In this document: positions 1 through 9,800 of the stretch, one piece after another | How positions within the stretch are numbered: the first letter of the stretch is position 1 | Layout: each line of letters opens with the position of its first letter | From: a virus | Strand: one strand, 5' to 3' | IMG/VR virus record: IMGVR_UViG_3300048837_000984 | Span: 129,695 to 193,694 of that record | Length of the DNA: 64,000 bases | Notes under the pieces: generated by a model | Told to the model about the DNA's origin: nothing | Seen by the model: only the letters and a program-made list of their open reading frames with translations | The model's database searches: none | Position numbers and translations under genes: made by a program

Positions 1-646
1 CAAAGGTGTGGATGAACTCGCCCACCTCCAGGCCGGTCACCTGGGCCAGCAGGTGCGTCAACGTGGCATAGCAAGCGATGTTGTACGGCACCCCCAGAAA
101 CAGATCGGCCGAGCGCTGGTACAGCTGGCACGAAAGCCGGCCCTCGGTCACGTCGTACTGCGACATCGTGTGGCAAGCCGGCGGCGCGACCTCCGGCATG
201 TCCGCTGGGTTCCATGCTGTCAGAATCAGGCGACGACCCGCTCCCGAACGCGGGTCGGCCTTGACGGCATGAATGCCCTCGATAAGTTTCGCGATCTGAT
301 CGACCTGCCCCTGCGGGCCTTCCCAGCGACGCCACTGCTTGCCGTAAACCGGACCAAGTTCGCCCGTCTCCGGATGAGCCCACTCATCCCAGATGGTCAC
401 CCCCCGGGCGCGCAGATCGTTGTTATTTGTGGAGCCCTCGAGGAACCAGAGCAGTTCCTCGACGATGTAACGAAAGTGGATCTTCTTGGTAGTGACGAGC
501 GGGAAGCCGTCCTGAAGGTCGAATCGCATCTGCCGACCGAAAACGGCCCGCGTGCGCAAATCCTGCCCGTCGGCCGTGCGACCGCGCTGAAACTTCAGCG
601 TGCCGTTGGTCATCACATCGGCCAGCAGGTCGAGATACTGTTTCAA
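1..646 (-). CDS. thyA: Thymidylate synthase (5' part; runs off the window start)
   Basis: My translation of the minus strand from TTG at 646 (GGAG upstream): [11 protein letters not shown]...[20 protein letters not shown]...ELLWFL...[10 protein letters not shown]...[10 protein letters not shown]...PPACH...[22 protein letters not shown]...FIHTF. Absent from the ORF track because there is no stop in the window. Confidence 0.97.
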   Translation of the reverse strand, partial: MKQYLDLLADVMTNGTLKFQRGRTADGQDLRTRAVFGRQMRFDLQDGFPLVTTKKIHFRYIVEELLWFLEGSTNNNDLRARGVTIWDEWAHPETGELGPVYGKQWRRWEGPQGQVDQIAKLIEGIHAVKADPRSGAGRRLILTAWNPADMPEVAPPACHTMSQYDVTEGRLSCQLYQRSADLFLGVPYNIACYATLTHLLAQVTGLEVGEFIHTF

Positions 647-658
647 CGAACTCTCCGT

Positions 659-1561
659 TCAAATAAGCTCTTTTCGACAATCGACACAAACCCCTTCCAT
701 CGTCTCTGGATCGGACCAGCTCTGCTTCTTGCATCGACTACAGATAACCTGAACGAAGTTCCGAGCGTGACAAGCGGCACTGCACTGCTCCCAACCCACC
801 GGACAGTGGTGGCACATGATCTGCAGGTTGTAGGGGCAAGTAAACCCTACACGCTGTCTACGCTTCTGGATCGTCTGGTTCCACTTCACGAAAGCTGGCG
901 GACAGCGAATGTCCCTGGCATCGAACGTCGGTTGGTCTCGAAACGTTTCCTTCAGGACTTTCGCTACAAACCTGAACCGGCCGATTTCCCGTATATCGTG
1001 AAGCGGCAGGTTCAGTTTGCCGTTAGCGCCTCCGTAGCTGTACCGGTTAGCGTCAAACGCGCTAAACCCGAGAGTCCGCCGATAGTGTCTGACCATGACG
1101 TCTGACCAGAACCGTTCAACGAGCTTGCCGGCTGGAAAACCGGCCAAGAAGCGGAACACGATAATGGCACCGCTTCTTGTCTTGATGCCCGGTTTCTTTG
1201 ACTTGAGTGTCTTTGGCCAGACAGACTCAACTCGGATAGGCGCCCACTCCTCTTCCAGCTGTCTGGTCCAGACCGGAACAGGGATACCTTTCTTCAGTCT
1301 GGGGAGGTTGCCGGCAAGACGCCAGGCAAGGTCCTCAGCCAGCTTTTCCGATAGCTCGACACCGAGGATGTTCTTGATTGAGTCCGAGATAGCGGACTCT
1401 GGGACTTCCTTAGGAAGGACTTCCTTGATTCTGGAAACCAGTTCAAGGAAGTCCTGCCCGGAAAACTTGTTGCCTATGTCTCCAAGCATCACCTCGTCTG
1501 TGAGCTTCTGCCGGAGTGTGATGATCTTGGCTAGATTGAATGTGGGTAGCTTTTTAGCCAT
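659..1561 (-). CDS. Hypothetical protein (300 aa), Cys-rich C-terminus
   Basis: ORF tightly packed between neighbours; several CxxC-like pairs near the C-terminus; no family recognised. Confidence 0.75.
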   Translation of the reverse strand: MAKKLPTFNLAKIITLRQKLTDEVMLGDIGNKFSGQDFLELVSRIKEVLPKEVPESAISDSIKNILGVELSEKLAEDLAWRLAGNLPRLKKGIPVPVWTRQLEEEWAPIRVESVWPKTLKSKKPGIKTRSGAIIVFRFLAGFPAGKLVERFWSDVMVRHYRRTLGFSAFDANRYSYGGANGKLNLPLHDIREIGRFRFVAKVLKETFRDQPTFDARDIRCPPAFVKWNQTIQKRRQRVGFTCPYNLQIMCHHCPVGWEQCSAACHARNFVQVICSRCKKQSWSDPETMEGVCVDCRKELI

Positions 1562-1562
1562 C

Positions 1563-2330
1563 TCAGACCAGCTGAGCTTCAGCTTCCTTTTTCTTTGCCA
1601 CGATCTTTTTGGCTTCGTGCAGGTCGTTGAGGAGAGCAGTCAGGCTCGCGATAGCTGCCTGAGCCCGCTCGATATCGTCCTCTAGCCGATGTTCGACTTG
1701 CTCGTCGACTTTATCTGCCGGCAGGTCATAAGCATCGGACAAGATCCCATGACCTTCAGCAGCCCAGATCGCGTCGTTGTTTCTTAGTAGAACTGTCAGG
1801 ACTTTTGACAAGTTGTCGAGTTTCCCTGTCAGCGAGCAAGGAACTTTGACCGGTCGGCCAGTCTTGCCGCTCGCTCCCTTGGGATATCGTTCTCGGATCA
1901 GTTCGCCCAGGGCAGCTGGAGTTAAATCTTCATCGACAATTCGGTCGATCAGCATCTCTCGGTCGTCAGCCGGGACTTCTAGCAGGTAAAGGACGTGGTT
2001 CCAGATAATCGGCTTCTTAGTCTTCGACAGCCGCGATTCCGTCAGAACTCCCAGCATCTCCTCACTGAACTCATTGTGAAAACGCAGGATCTTTCGAGCG
2101 TAGTCCTTCGTGTAACCGACCACGGCGTTGATCTTGCCGACCGGGTCATCGCCGTACTTGCCCGTAGTATCTGCGTAGACCTGGTTGATCTCCTTCCCGA
2201 TAAGCCACTTGCGTTTCAGCGTTGACGATGCGTCCATGGCCAGCTGCACACGGATCCTCTTGACAGCTTCCTGCAGCGCAGGCGGCATCTTGTCCACGAC
2301 CTTCGCGATCTCTACTGGTGACGGTTCCAC
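1563..2330 (-). CDS. DUF1016 N-terminal-like (YhcG-N) helical protein
   Basis: Probable GTG start at 2330 after AGGAGA; KWLIGKEI...KYG...KILRFHNEF...IIWNHVLYLL...LTPAALGELI resembles the DUF1016_N pattern (YWxIGxxI...YG...LSWSHY...WSxRxL). Confidence 0.55.
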   Translation of the reverse strand: MEPSPVEIAKVVDKMPPALQEAVKRIRVQLAMDASSTLKRKWLIGKEINQVYADTTGKYGDDPVGKINAVVGYTKDYARKILRFHNEFSEEMLGVLTESRLSKTKKPIIWNHVLYLLEVPADDREMLIDRIVDEDLTPAALGELIRERYPKGASGKTGRPVKVPCSLTGKLDNLSKVLTVLLRNNDAIWAAEGHGILSDAYDLPADKVDEQVEHRLEDDIERAQAAIASLTALLNDLHEAKKIVAKKKEAEAQLV

Positions 2331-2340
2331 GGCAATTCTC

Positions 2341-3432
2341 CTAGTAACGTCCGGCCAGGATGCGGTATGCAGCCTGTTCGACGCGTTCCCGTTGCGGAAT
2401 GGAAAGTTGTTTGGCTTGGTTACCGAGACTGTTATACAGGTCGACCAGAGACCGGTCTTCCCAAGCAGCTGGTGGCACTGCTTCAAGTCCAGCATAGACA
2501 GCCTTATTGTCACTCCCGCACAGAACGCAGGAATGAACGGCCTTCTGGGCTACCGTATGACCGACGCCCAGCTTCTTTAAGCGCAGACTGACCTTTTCCA
2601 TCTTCTCGGCCTGCCTTGAGAACGACTCGGCTGGAGCGAAGATACGACTGTCTTCCATGGCTTGGAAAAAGTCCTCATACGATCCAGAGTTTGTCGAGTC
2701 GTCAATCTTTTGAAGGAGCCTCTGTAGCTTGGCTTCGAAGGAGTTACCCCGATGCGGGACTTTATTTTTAAGTCCCATCGGCTGGATTGCTGCCGTCCAC
2801 GTTTTGTCGCGAAAAATGGCGCCGGCAGCACGTATGCTGCTAGCGCCAGCTTCGTTGTTTGAAAAGTGGTAACCGGCGTAGTAGAGGTCGTTACCGAAAG
2901 AAAAACTGGGGTGTTGTCTCCTGTACCGAAGCATCAACCAGCGACCGACGATCACGGCACCCAAGAATATTACGCCATGGTGTTGTACGGCAAAAGATAT
3001 CCTTTTGTGCAGCTCCTCGCTCGGCAGCCACCGATAACCAGAACCTACTATACCGTCAACTACCCCAGTCGATTCGTCAATAATTAGCTTCTTCCCGTAA
3101 AGCCTGTCGAACCTTGCCCTTAGGATATTTCTCAGCGAAGAAACAGCGATTGACAGACTTTGAGAAGATTCGTCAGTCAGCAAGTCGTTGACGACCCTGT
3201 GTAAACCTGAACAGGTTCCCTGACAGAGCTGGTAGAGAGCCCAGTCAGAGAACCTGTACCCATCAGCCTCTGTTCTGCCTGTGTCGTCGATCAGAACTTC
3301 CCTTACATCCCCTATCGCAACCAGATTCGAGTTCTTGTGGATCCTCTCGAGTTCTTTCTGGAAGGCGTCGAGGCCGGAAGAGTTGAACTTGTGGACCTTA
3401 GGCGTAACAGATAGCGATCTCATGGCGACCAC
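2341..3432 (-). CDS. Hypothetical protein, possibly DUF932-like
   Basis: 363-aa ORF; WALYQLC...GIVGSGYRWL...FSNNEAGASSI loosely resembles DUF932 (QLC...AVVSxxY...NSExG). Confidence 0.5.
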   Translation of the reverse strand: MVAMRSLSVTPKVHKFNSSGLDAFQKELERIHKNSNLVAIGDVREVLIDDTGRTEADGYRFSDWALYQLCQGTCSGLHRVVNDLLTDESSQSLSIAVSSLRNILRARFDRLYGKKLIIDESTGVVDGIVGSGYRWLPSEELHKRISFAVQHHGVIFLGAVIVGRWLMLRYRRQHPSFSFGNDLYYAGYHFSNNEAGASSIRAAGAIFRDKTWTAAIQPMGLKNKVPHRGNSFEAKLQRLLQKIDDSTNSGSYEDFFQAMEDSRIFAPAESFSRQAEKMEKVSLRLKKLGVGHTVAQKAVHSCVLCGSDNKAVYAGLEAVPPAAWEDRSLVDLYNSLGNQAKQLSIPQRERVEQAAYRILAGRY

Positions 3433-3977
3433 CCCAGCCGGTCAAGGAAGTAACTGAACGGCTGGATACCGAGACGTCGCCCTTCTTCATTCGCGACAGA
3501 AATGGCGGCATCTCGAGCAGAGGCGTCGTCGTGGACGATCCACAACGAGCCCTTGGCTCCGGAGTTAAGCCACTCGAACACAACCCCAACAGGTTGGTCC
3601 TCTTCGGTCCAGCTACCGGGAACTAGATCTTGAAACCGATTGTACGCCCTGAACAAAGCCAGGGACGCGTGGCGTTTGGGGTTGGCTAGCTTGTCAATGG
3701 TCATATCGTGCGCGAAAGGGACGGGCCTTATCACCAGCCAAACAGGGAAACTGTTGTACCGATCGTGAAAGGCATGAAATGTCAGCCTGTGTCGCCCGGT
3801 TGTTTCAGCGACGCCGCGAACAAGGCTGGTTTGAATGTCCTTCAAACCGTAATGCTTCAACAGGAAGGCAACTCCTCTCTTCTCGAAACGAGCAAACGCC
3901 GGTTCGCGCCTGTTAGCGAATCCTTCGCTCCGGGTATAGGCATCCACAGCATCGTCAAGAGGAAACTCACTGCTCAT
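3420..3977 (-). CDS. Hypothetical protein
   Basis: Likely start MSSEFP at 3977 overlapping the recA stop; no recognised motif. Confidence 0.65.
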   Translation of the reverse strand: MSSEFPLDDAVDAYTRSEGFANRREPAFARFEKRGVAFLLKHYGLKDIQTSLVRGVAETTGRHRLTFHAFHDRYNSFPVWLVIRPVPFAHDMTIDKLANPKRHASLALFRAYNRFQDLVPGSWTEEDQPVGVVFEWLNSGAKGSLWIVHDDASARDAAISVANEEGRRLGIQPFSYFLDRLGWSP

Positions 3978-5316
3978 CTGGGACTCCAGCAGTGCTCTTG
4001 TGACTGGCCTCGGCGATTCTCGCCAGCAAGGCACGGTAATCGAACCCAGGGCGATACATGAAACGTCTACGGATGCCCAGCACAGGATACAGGGCATCTC
4101 TCAGTGAAGGGTTCTTCTGAAGCTCTTGCTCCAGGAGGGCACCCATCTCCCTGGCCGAGATCTTTTCCTTTTCGGAAATGCCCAGGGTCTTACTCCAGCA
4201 ATACCTCCGGTCAACTTTCTCGATGTGAAGGACGTCAGCCAGCAGACGGGACTGAGTTGTTTTCTCCTTCAGCAGTGAAACGACAATATCGACAGAAGCC
4301 GAGTCCCAGTCGAAGAACGTTCGCTGGGGGTAGATCATGACTGTCTTCTCTTCTCCACTCTCGTCGTCAAAGACGGTCTTTTCGACCTGCTCGGAGAAGT
4401 CCGTGTACCAGAGCATCTCCACGTCTACAAAGGAGTGCGGTGCCGCTGAGTTCTTCATGATGCAGATACGCAACTCAATGCCGTCAACAACATTACCGTC
4501 TTCAACCCGCTTCAGTTGCGAAGACTTGGTTGTCGGATTGACGGAAGAGACGCGGCGCATCTCTATCTCAGTCGTCTCGTGAAACTTGAGGCTGTACCCA
4601 CCCGCAATGTTTCGGACGTTGGTGCCCTGCTGGGTCTTGCCGATCTTTAAATGGTTGGTGCCGATGACTGAGAACGGGTACTCGTCGATCTCCTTGGTCA
4701 GAACTCGAACGTAATCGTTTAGCATGCCCGCGGTTACAGCGTAGTGCCGCTCAGGAATGCCTTCGGCAACCAGGCGGTCATATTCCTTCTCATCGATAGC
4801 TGCCATGAGGCTGTCGATCGTAAAGCACACCGGTGCGATGCGACCGAACCCCTTCTCTTTTCCAGACCCATCCATCAACGTCTTGAACGTCTGGATCCAG
4901 TTGTTGAGCGCAGAGTTCCAACCATCCATGGTCTTGCACTTCTGGTAGTTGGCTGCCTTGTAATCGTAGTTCAGGATAGACCAGAACAGCTCTGGCGCTG
5001 GTTTGAACTCAGTATCCAATAGGATGCCCTTGCCCTTACAAAGGCGGTGCCAGCGAAGGATCTCATAAGAGAAAGCTGACTTGCAGCTCTCTTGCTCCCC
5101 GACGAGCATGGTGAACCTACCCAAGGGCCACCCCTCCTGCTGGAGTAGGTACCGCACAGCCAGAGACGGAACTGGCAGGCAGATTAGTAGCTGTTCAGCT
5201 TCAGACCCCGCAAAGATCTGGCCACTGTACCGTTTCTTGTTCTGCGACGTTGCTGAATCGAACATCTCGTCGATCGAGCTGGTGTCGAGCGTAGCTTGTT
5301 GCTTCTTTCTAGCCAT
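3967..5316 (-). CDS. recA: RecA/UvsX-like recombinase
   Basis: Walker A variant LVGEQESCKS, LLDTE, Walker B FTIDSLMA, VIGTNHLK, GGYSLKF; start moved to MARKKQ (5316) because a terminator occupies 5321-5352. Confidence 0.85.
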   Translation of the reverse strand: MARKKQQATLDTSSIDEMFDSATSQNKKRYSGQIFAGSEAEQLLICLPVPSLAVRYLLQQEGWPLGRFTMLVGEQESCKSAFSYEILRWHRLCKGKGILLDTEFKPAPELFWSILNYDYKAANYQKCKTMDGWNSALNNWIQTFKTLMDGSGKEKGFGRIAPVCFTIDSLMAAIDEKEYDRLVAEGIPERHYAVTAGMLNDYVRVLTKEIDEYPFSVIGTNHLKIGKTQQGTNVRNIAGGYSLKFHETTEIEMRRVSSVNPTTKSSQLKRVEDGNVVDGIELRICIMKNSAAPHSFVDVEMLWYTDFSEQVEKTVFDDESGEEKTVMIYPQRTFFDWDSASVDIVVSLLKEKTTQSRLLADVLHIEKVDRRYCWSKTLGISEKEKISAREMGALLEQELQKNPSLRDALYPVLGIRRRFMYRPGFDYRALLARIAEASHKSTAGVPDEQ

Positions 5317-5320
5317 AACA

Positions 5321-5352
5321 AAAACAAACCAGCCGGCCTTTCGACCGGCTGG
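5321..5352 (-). terminator. Rho-independent terminator
   Basis: Minus strand CCAGCCGG-TCGAAAGG-CCGGCTGG followed by TTTGTTTTT, just after the 5365 stop. Confidence 0.85.
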
Positions 5353-5364
5353 CCTCACCTATGG

Positions 5365-6795
5365 TTACTTCTTTTTCTTCAAGAGCGCCGCAACATCATA
5401 AGCGGGGACCGGTTCCTCGCTCGCCTTGTCGAACATCTTCTCGAGGTTCTCGTCAGAGACGATCTCGTCGTCGCCGATGTCGACGTCCGGTACGACACTG
5501 TCACTGGTGCTTGAAGACATCGCTTGCCACAGCTGCGACATGTCACCCGTCTGCGAAGGGACAACGGGCGTGTTCAGCGTCGGCGTGGACTGCACTGGCT
5601 TCTGTGCCGGCTTCTGCACTGAGGCAGCCGGAACACCACCGAACGGGTTCATGCCCGACGGGGGCTGGACCACCTGGCCAAAGGCCGTCTGGTTACCGCC
5701 TTGCTGCTGTCCTGGGACCGTCCCAGGTACCGGAGCAGAGACAGCTTCCACCGACTTCTTCCGCACGTCCTCCGAGATCCAGTTTGGATAGTCGTGAAAG
5801 GCGTACACGATCGCAGAGGCAGGGAAGGCCTGCCCCAGGATGTGCGCCTGTTCCTCGTAGGTTGGGAAGAACAGAACATCTTCCCAGTCCCGCCACTTGT
5901 CCGCAACGGTGGCCATCATGTCGGCCGAGATCACCGGACTAGCCCCAGAAGCGTTATCCGAGATGTAGATCCCGAAACCGTTTTCCGAGCTGCCACGGGT
6001 CTGGTTGGCATTCGGTGCAGCGCCGAAAGAACCACCCACAGGTGCCGCTGCATACTTCTGCCGCGGGTCATAACCTTTCTGGAAGAAGTGGATGAACCTG
6101 CCTCCAGTCAGGGACACCGGATCTCCGTAGACGTAGCGCTTCTCGAAGTCCGGATCCTCACCGTCCCAGTCGGCCCGTTCCTCGTTAAGCATCGCCACCA
6201 GGTCTTGGCCGACGGCAGAGCTCAGCGCGAGAATACAGGGTTTGTTGTTACCCAGGCCGATCGGGTCGAAACCGTTACCAGCGGTCGGCTTGCTGTTATG
6301 CACACCCAGGCAACCCTGGATGAGGAAACACTCAGAGGGACGCTTGAGTGACTGCCCCTTGGCGGTGTTCTTGCTGGTGATCAGATACCACTCAGGTTTG
6401 GCCGTCATCGCCTTGCACGCCGCATTGATTGCGTTGTACAGGATCCCGAGTGGAGTCGAATTTCGGTCGTAAGAGTAATCCGTCGCCTCAGCCGGAGCCA
6501 GCAGGAACGTGACCGCGGGGTCACCGACCTGCCATGCGCAGTCGTAACGCCGAATCCAGTTGCCGAAGCAGTCGTCTTCAGCCCACCGGTAAGGATAGAC
6601 CTGGCTGCGGTTCTCGTAGTCGAGAGACGGATACGGACGAAAGATAGTTTCCGTCCCGTTCCAGGACGGTTTCTTGACAATGACACCAGACCCGCTCTTC
6701 ACGATGCGCAGCCGGGTGTCGTCGAAACGAGTGGACTGACCGTGCTTGTTGAAGTCGTAAGCCGGTCGATTCGTTGGTCGATTTCTAGAAGACAT
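5365..6795 (-). CDS. Putative single-stranded DNA-binding protein
   Basis: Lies between the polymerase and RecA; N-terminal TIFRPYP, low-complexity linker and acidic C-terminal tail. Assignment rests on synteny and composition only. Confidence 0.45.
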   Translation of the reverse strand: MSSRNRPTNRPAYDFNKHGQSTRFDDTRLRIVKSGSGVIVKKPSWNGTETIFRPYPSLDYENRSQVYPYRWAEDDCFGNWIRRYDCAWQVGDPAVTFLLAPAEATDYSYDRNSTPLGILYNAINAACKAMTAKPEWYLITSKNTAKGQSLKRPSECFLIQGCLGVHNSKPTAGNGFDPIGLGNNKPCILALSSAVGQDLVAMLNEERADWDGEDPDFEKRYVYGDPVSLTGGRFIHFFQKGYDPRQKYAAAPVGGSFGAAPNANQTRGSSENGFGIYISDNASGASPVISADMMATVADKWRDWEDVLFFPTYEEQAHILGQAFPASAIVYAFHDYPNWISEDVRKKSVEAVSAPVPGTVPGQQQGGNQTAFGQVVQPPSGMNPFGGVPAASVQKPAQKPVQSTPTLNTPVVPSQTGDMSQLWQAMSSSTSDSVVPDVDIGDDEIVSDENLEKMFDKASEEPVPAYDVAALLKKKK

Positions 6796-6881
6796 TGTTA
6801 AACCTTAGATCGAAGTTTCGTTAGAAAAAGCGCCTATAGATATTTAGCTAAAGACCGACTGTGTTTGTGCCAGCCACCTCC

Positions 6882-9800
6882 TTACTTCAGGTATTTCTCG
6901 GGGATACCGAGTTTCAGTCCTTCCTGCTTGTCGATAGGAACACCCCAGTTCAAGTACAGGCCGTGTTCGACCGGCATATAGATTGGGTCTCGGCCTGGAG
7001 TTCGCCTCCCAGACAGGTCGCACTGGTACATAGGAATCCCAGACATGACGCGATGAAGGAAACCCGGATTGCCTGGGTCGCCTAGAAACCATTCCAGGCA
7101 GTCGGGTCGGACCTCGAACATGATGGCATCATGAATCTGAAGAATCAACCGATACTTCAGTCCACTAGCGTCACGGCGATCTGGTGCCCAGTAGAACTTA
7201 TCCAGTGCCCGACTTACAAGGTCAGCAACGGCAGATTGGATGGGAAAGTTTCCGGCCTGCCGCTGCATTTCAGCCACAACCTTTTGGTCGGTAGACGGTT
7301 GGAAGCGTCGAGAGCGTCCGTAACAGTTGCGGAGCCAGCCCGGGTCGACGACCCGCTGCTGACAATTCCCGAAGAAGGTTTCCAGCTCAGGATACAGGTG
7401 AAAGATCGTAGACCGGATGTTACCTACCTGCTCTGGCGTAGCTGTAATGCCCTCTTCCTCGATGGCACGCATGACAGCCTCGTCACCCCTGCCATAAGCA
7501 AGGCCGAACATTAACGTATTGTGGTTTGAAAGACCGTTGACCACCAGATGGTGGTTTCCACTTTCGACATCGTAGACTTCGTGATCGCCGACATCCTCTA
7601 CAGAGGAAACACGAACGAAACGGCCACGCAGGGCAAGAAGGTTCCGTAAATGCTCTGCTGAGGCTACAACCGTCGTCGGTAAGTCAGCCGGCAGCGCAGC
7701 AACGATCTCTGCCAGACGGCTCCGGTTGAGCCGGACACGGCTGTTAGTCCGTAAGCACTCGCGACACTTTTCCCGAGCCCGACCCTGGAGGTACGGAAAC
7801 ACGGTCTTTAAGTGATCGAGCTGGTTCGGATACACACTGACATCGGCGCTATACCCCGTGGCAGTCGCACACCTATCTCGCTTACTGGCCGTCACGAAGC
7901 CTACGTCGCTGAGGAATCGAGCTTGAGACCTCCTCGACACAGTAACAGTCCAGTAAACGCCGTCGCAGTCCTTTCTCCTTTCAGATCGAAGACGAGAAGC
8001 TATGCCGAGACCATCAAGAAGAATCTGCACGTCACGAGCCAGGGCAGAACTGCTGCTTGAATACTGGATGAGGAAACCGTTCCCATTGCGTTTGGCGGTG
8101 CCGTCACCCTCGAACAACCACCGCAAAAAGGTTCGGACCAGCCTGTTTGGCCACTGAAACACGAAATCAGGAACGATTCGGTCCGCAGACAGTCCCGGAC
8201 AGATTATCCTCAGCCAGTCACACAGCTGGTTTGAAGCTACCAAGAAAGATCGTTGCCGCTGGCAACCCGGCAGAAACCTGGTTGCTACCTTCAGCCGGTG
8301 ACCGAATAGTCGGCGCAGCAGAGCCTCACTTGCCTCAGCAAACGACGGGTCTTTCTCTTCAGCGAGGCTGACAGAAAACGTACTGCTGGTTTTGCCTTTC
8401 AGTAAGCAACCCTCCGAAACATGAAGACCCAGAAAAGCCGCCCAGTCTTCCGTGAAGTGCTCCGGCACCTCGATCGGGCTCAAGTTCGATCGGTAACTGT
8501 CCGCCGCGGGCCAAAGCTTGAACGGCGGGTCCTCGTTGTCGCGACCAGAGTCAACGTCAACTGCGTAACCGTCGTAAACGATAGCCCAGTCGCCGACACG
8601 AATGTCTGCCGACCTAACCCAGACTAATCTACCCTTGTCGTCGACAGAACGGAACCGGTGCTCCACTGTACCAGTCACACTATGGCCGTCAGCCGTCGTC
8701 ACGCGAATACACGGCGAGGCTGGACCCCGGTACAAACCTTTCAACGGAGTCGGTCCCTCGTCGGTCACGAGGGTTAGATCGCCGTCGAACCGTTCTTGAG
8801 TGTCTGCGTCTAGGTGACCACACAGCTCCTCTACCCGAACCCAGCCACGTGACGTCAAAAGACGCGAACCAGCCACAACGCACTTGGCGACATCGCGGAG
8901 TTTAGCCTTTCCAGCCGCCTTCAGCCAGAACTTGAGTGGCGGCAGAGGATCGCCCACGGACAGGCCTAGATCTTTCGGATCCTTACCGAGGACCTTGGCG
9001 CCCTCAGCCAACACTTTCTCGTTCTCGATGGTCAGTCGGAAGGCCTGTACCGTTACCGTACTGTGAATGTCGTACTTGCGTGGATCTTTGTCGTCCAGCT
9101 CAGCACGCATACAGTGGTCGACCATCGCGGCGGAACCAGACTGCAACGCCATGACCGCCAGCTCAGCGCCGATGTAGTCAGCTTCCACTCCGACCCACCC
9201 AGGTGAAGCACAGAGCATCGACCGAAGAGGGTACTGGTAGTCGTCACCGAGGATCTTCTTGTAGTCGGCTTCACGGCGTTTGCTGTTGCCGGTAACGGAA
9301 ATCTTTCCGTTTCGACGAAAGATAACGAACTCTGACGGTACGGTTACACAGTAGACCAGATCGTCCCAGGGGACCTCCTTTTTGGTTAGACTTTTCGTTT
9401 GGGAGTAATCGCGGCGTCGGTGTAGCGAAGGAATATCAACGCAGTAGTGCGTACTGGATTTGGGGTTTCTATTCCAGTACTCGCGCATCCTTGCCCGCCA
9501 GCCGGATAGACACCAGAGAATCTGGATCCAGTCAGCGTTTTCCTTGTCGCTGGAACTGTACTCAGTCTTCCTTGTCCACAGGCCGTCCCAGAAAAGAACT
9601 TCCTCTGCGATAAGATCCAGAGTAGCTCGATCGAAGTCCAATAGCCAAGGACCGAACTTCTTGTCCGGCATACGTTTCTTGGCCCAGACAGCCCACGGGT
9701 CGTTAGCTCCGACGTAAACGCTAGTGACGCCCGTCCCCCTCTCCGATGTGCGAAATTTCGCCCCAAGACGACCCAGGACGCCAGTCAGGGACTCGATTTT

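Noticed and set aside
8-1105. 365-aa plus-strand ORF
   Set aside because: It is the antisense shadow of thyA and the 659..1561 gene; the minus frame carries the ThyA motifs.
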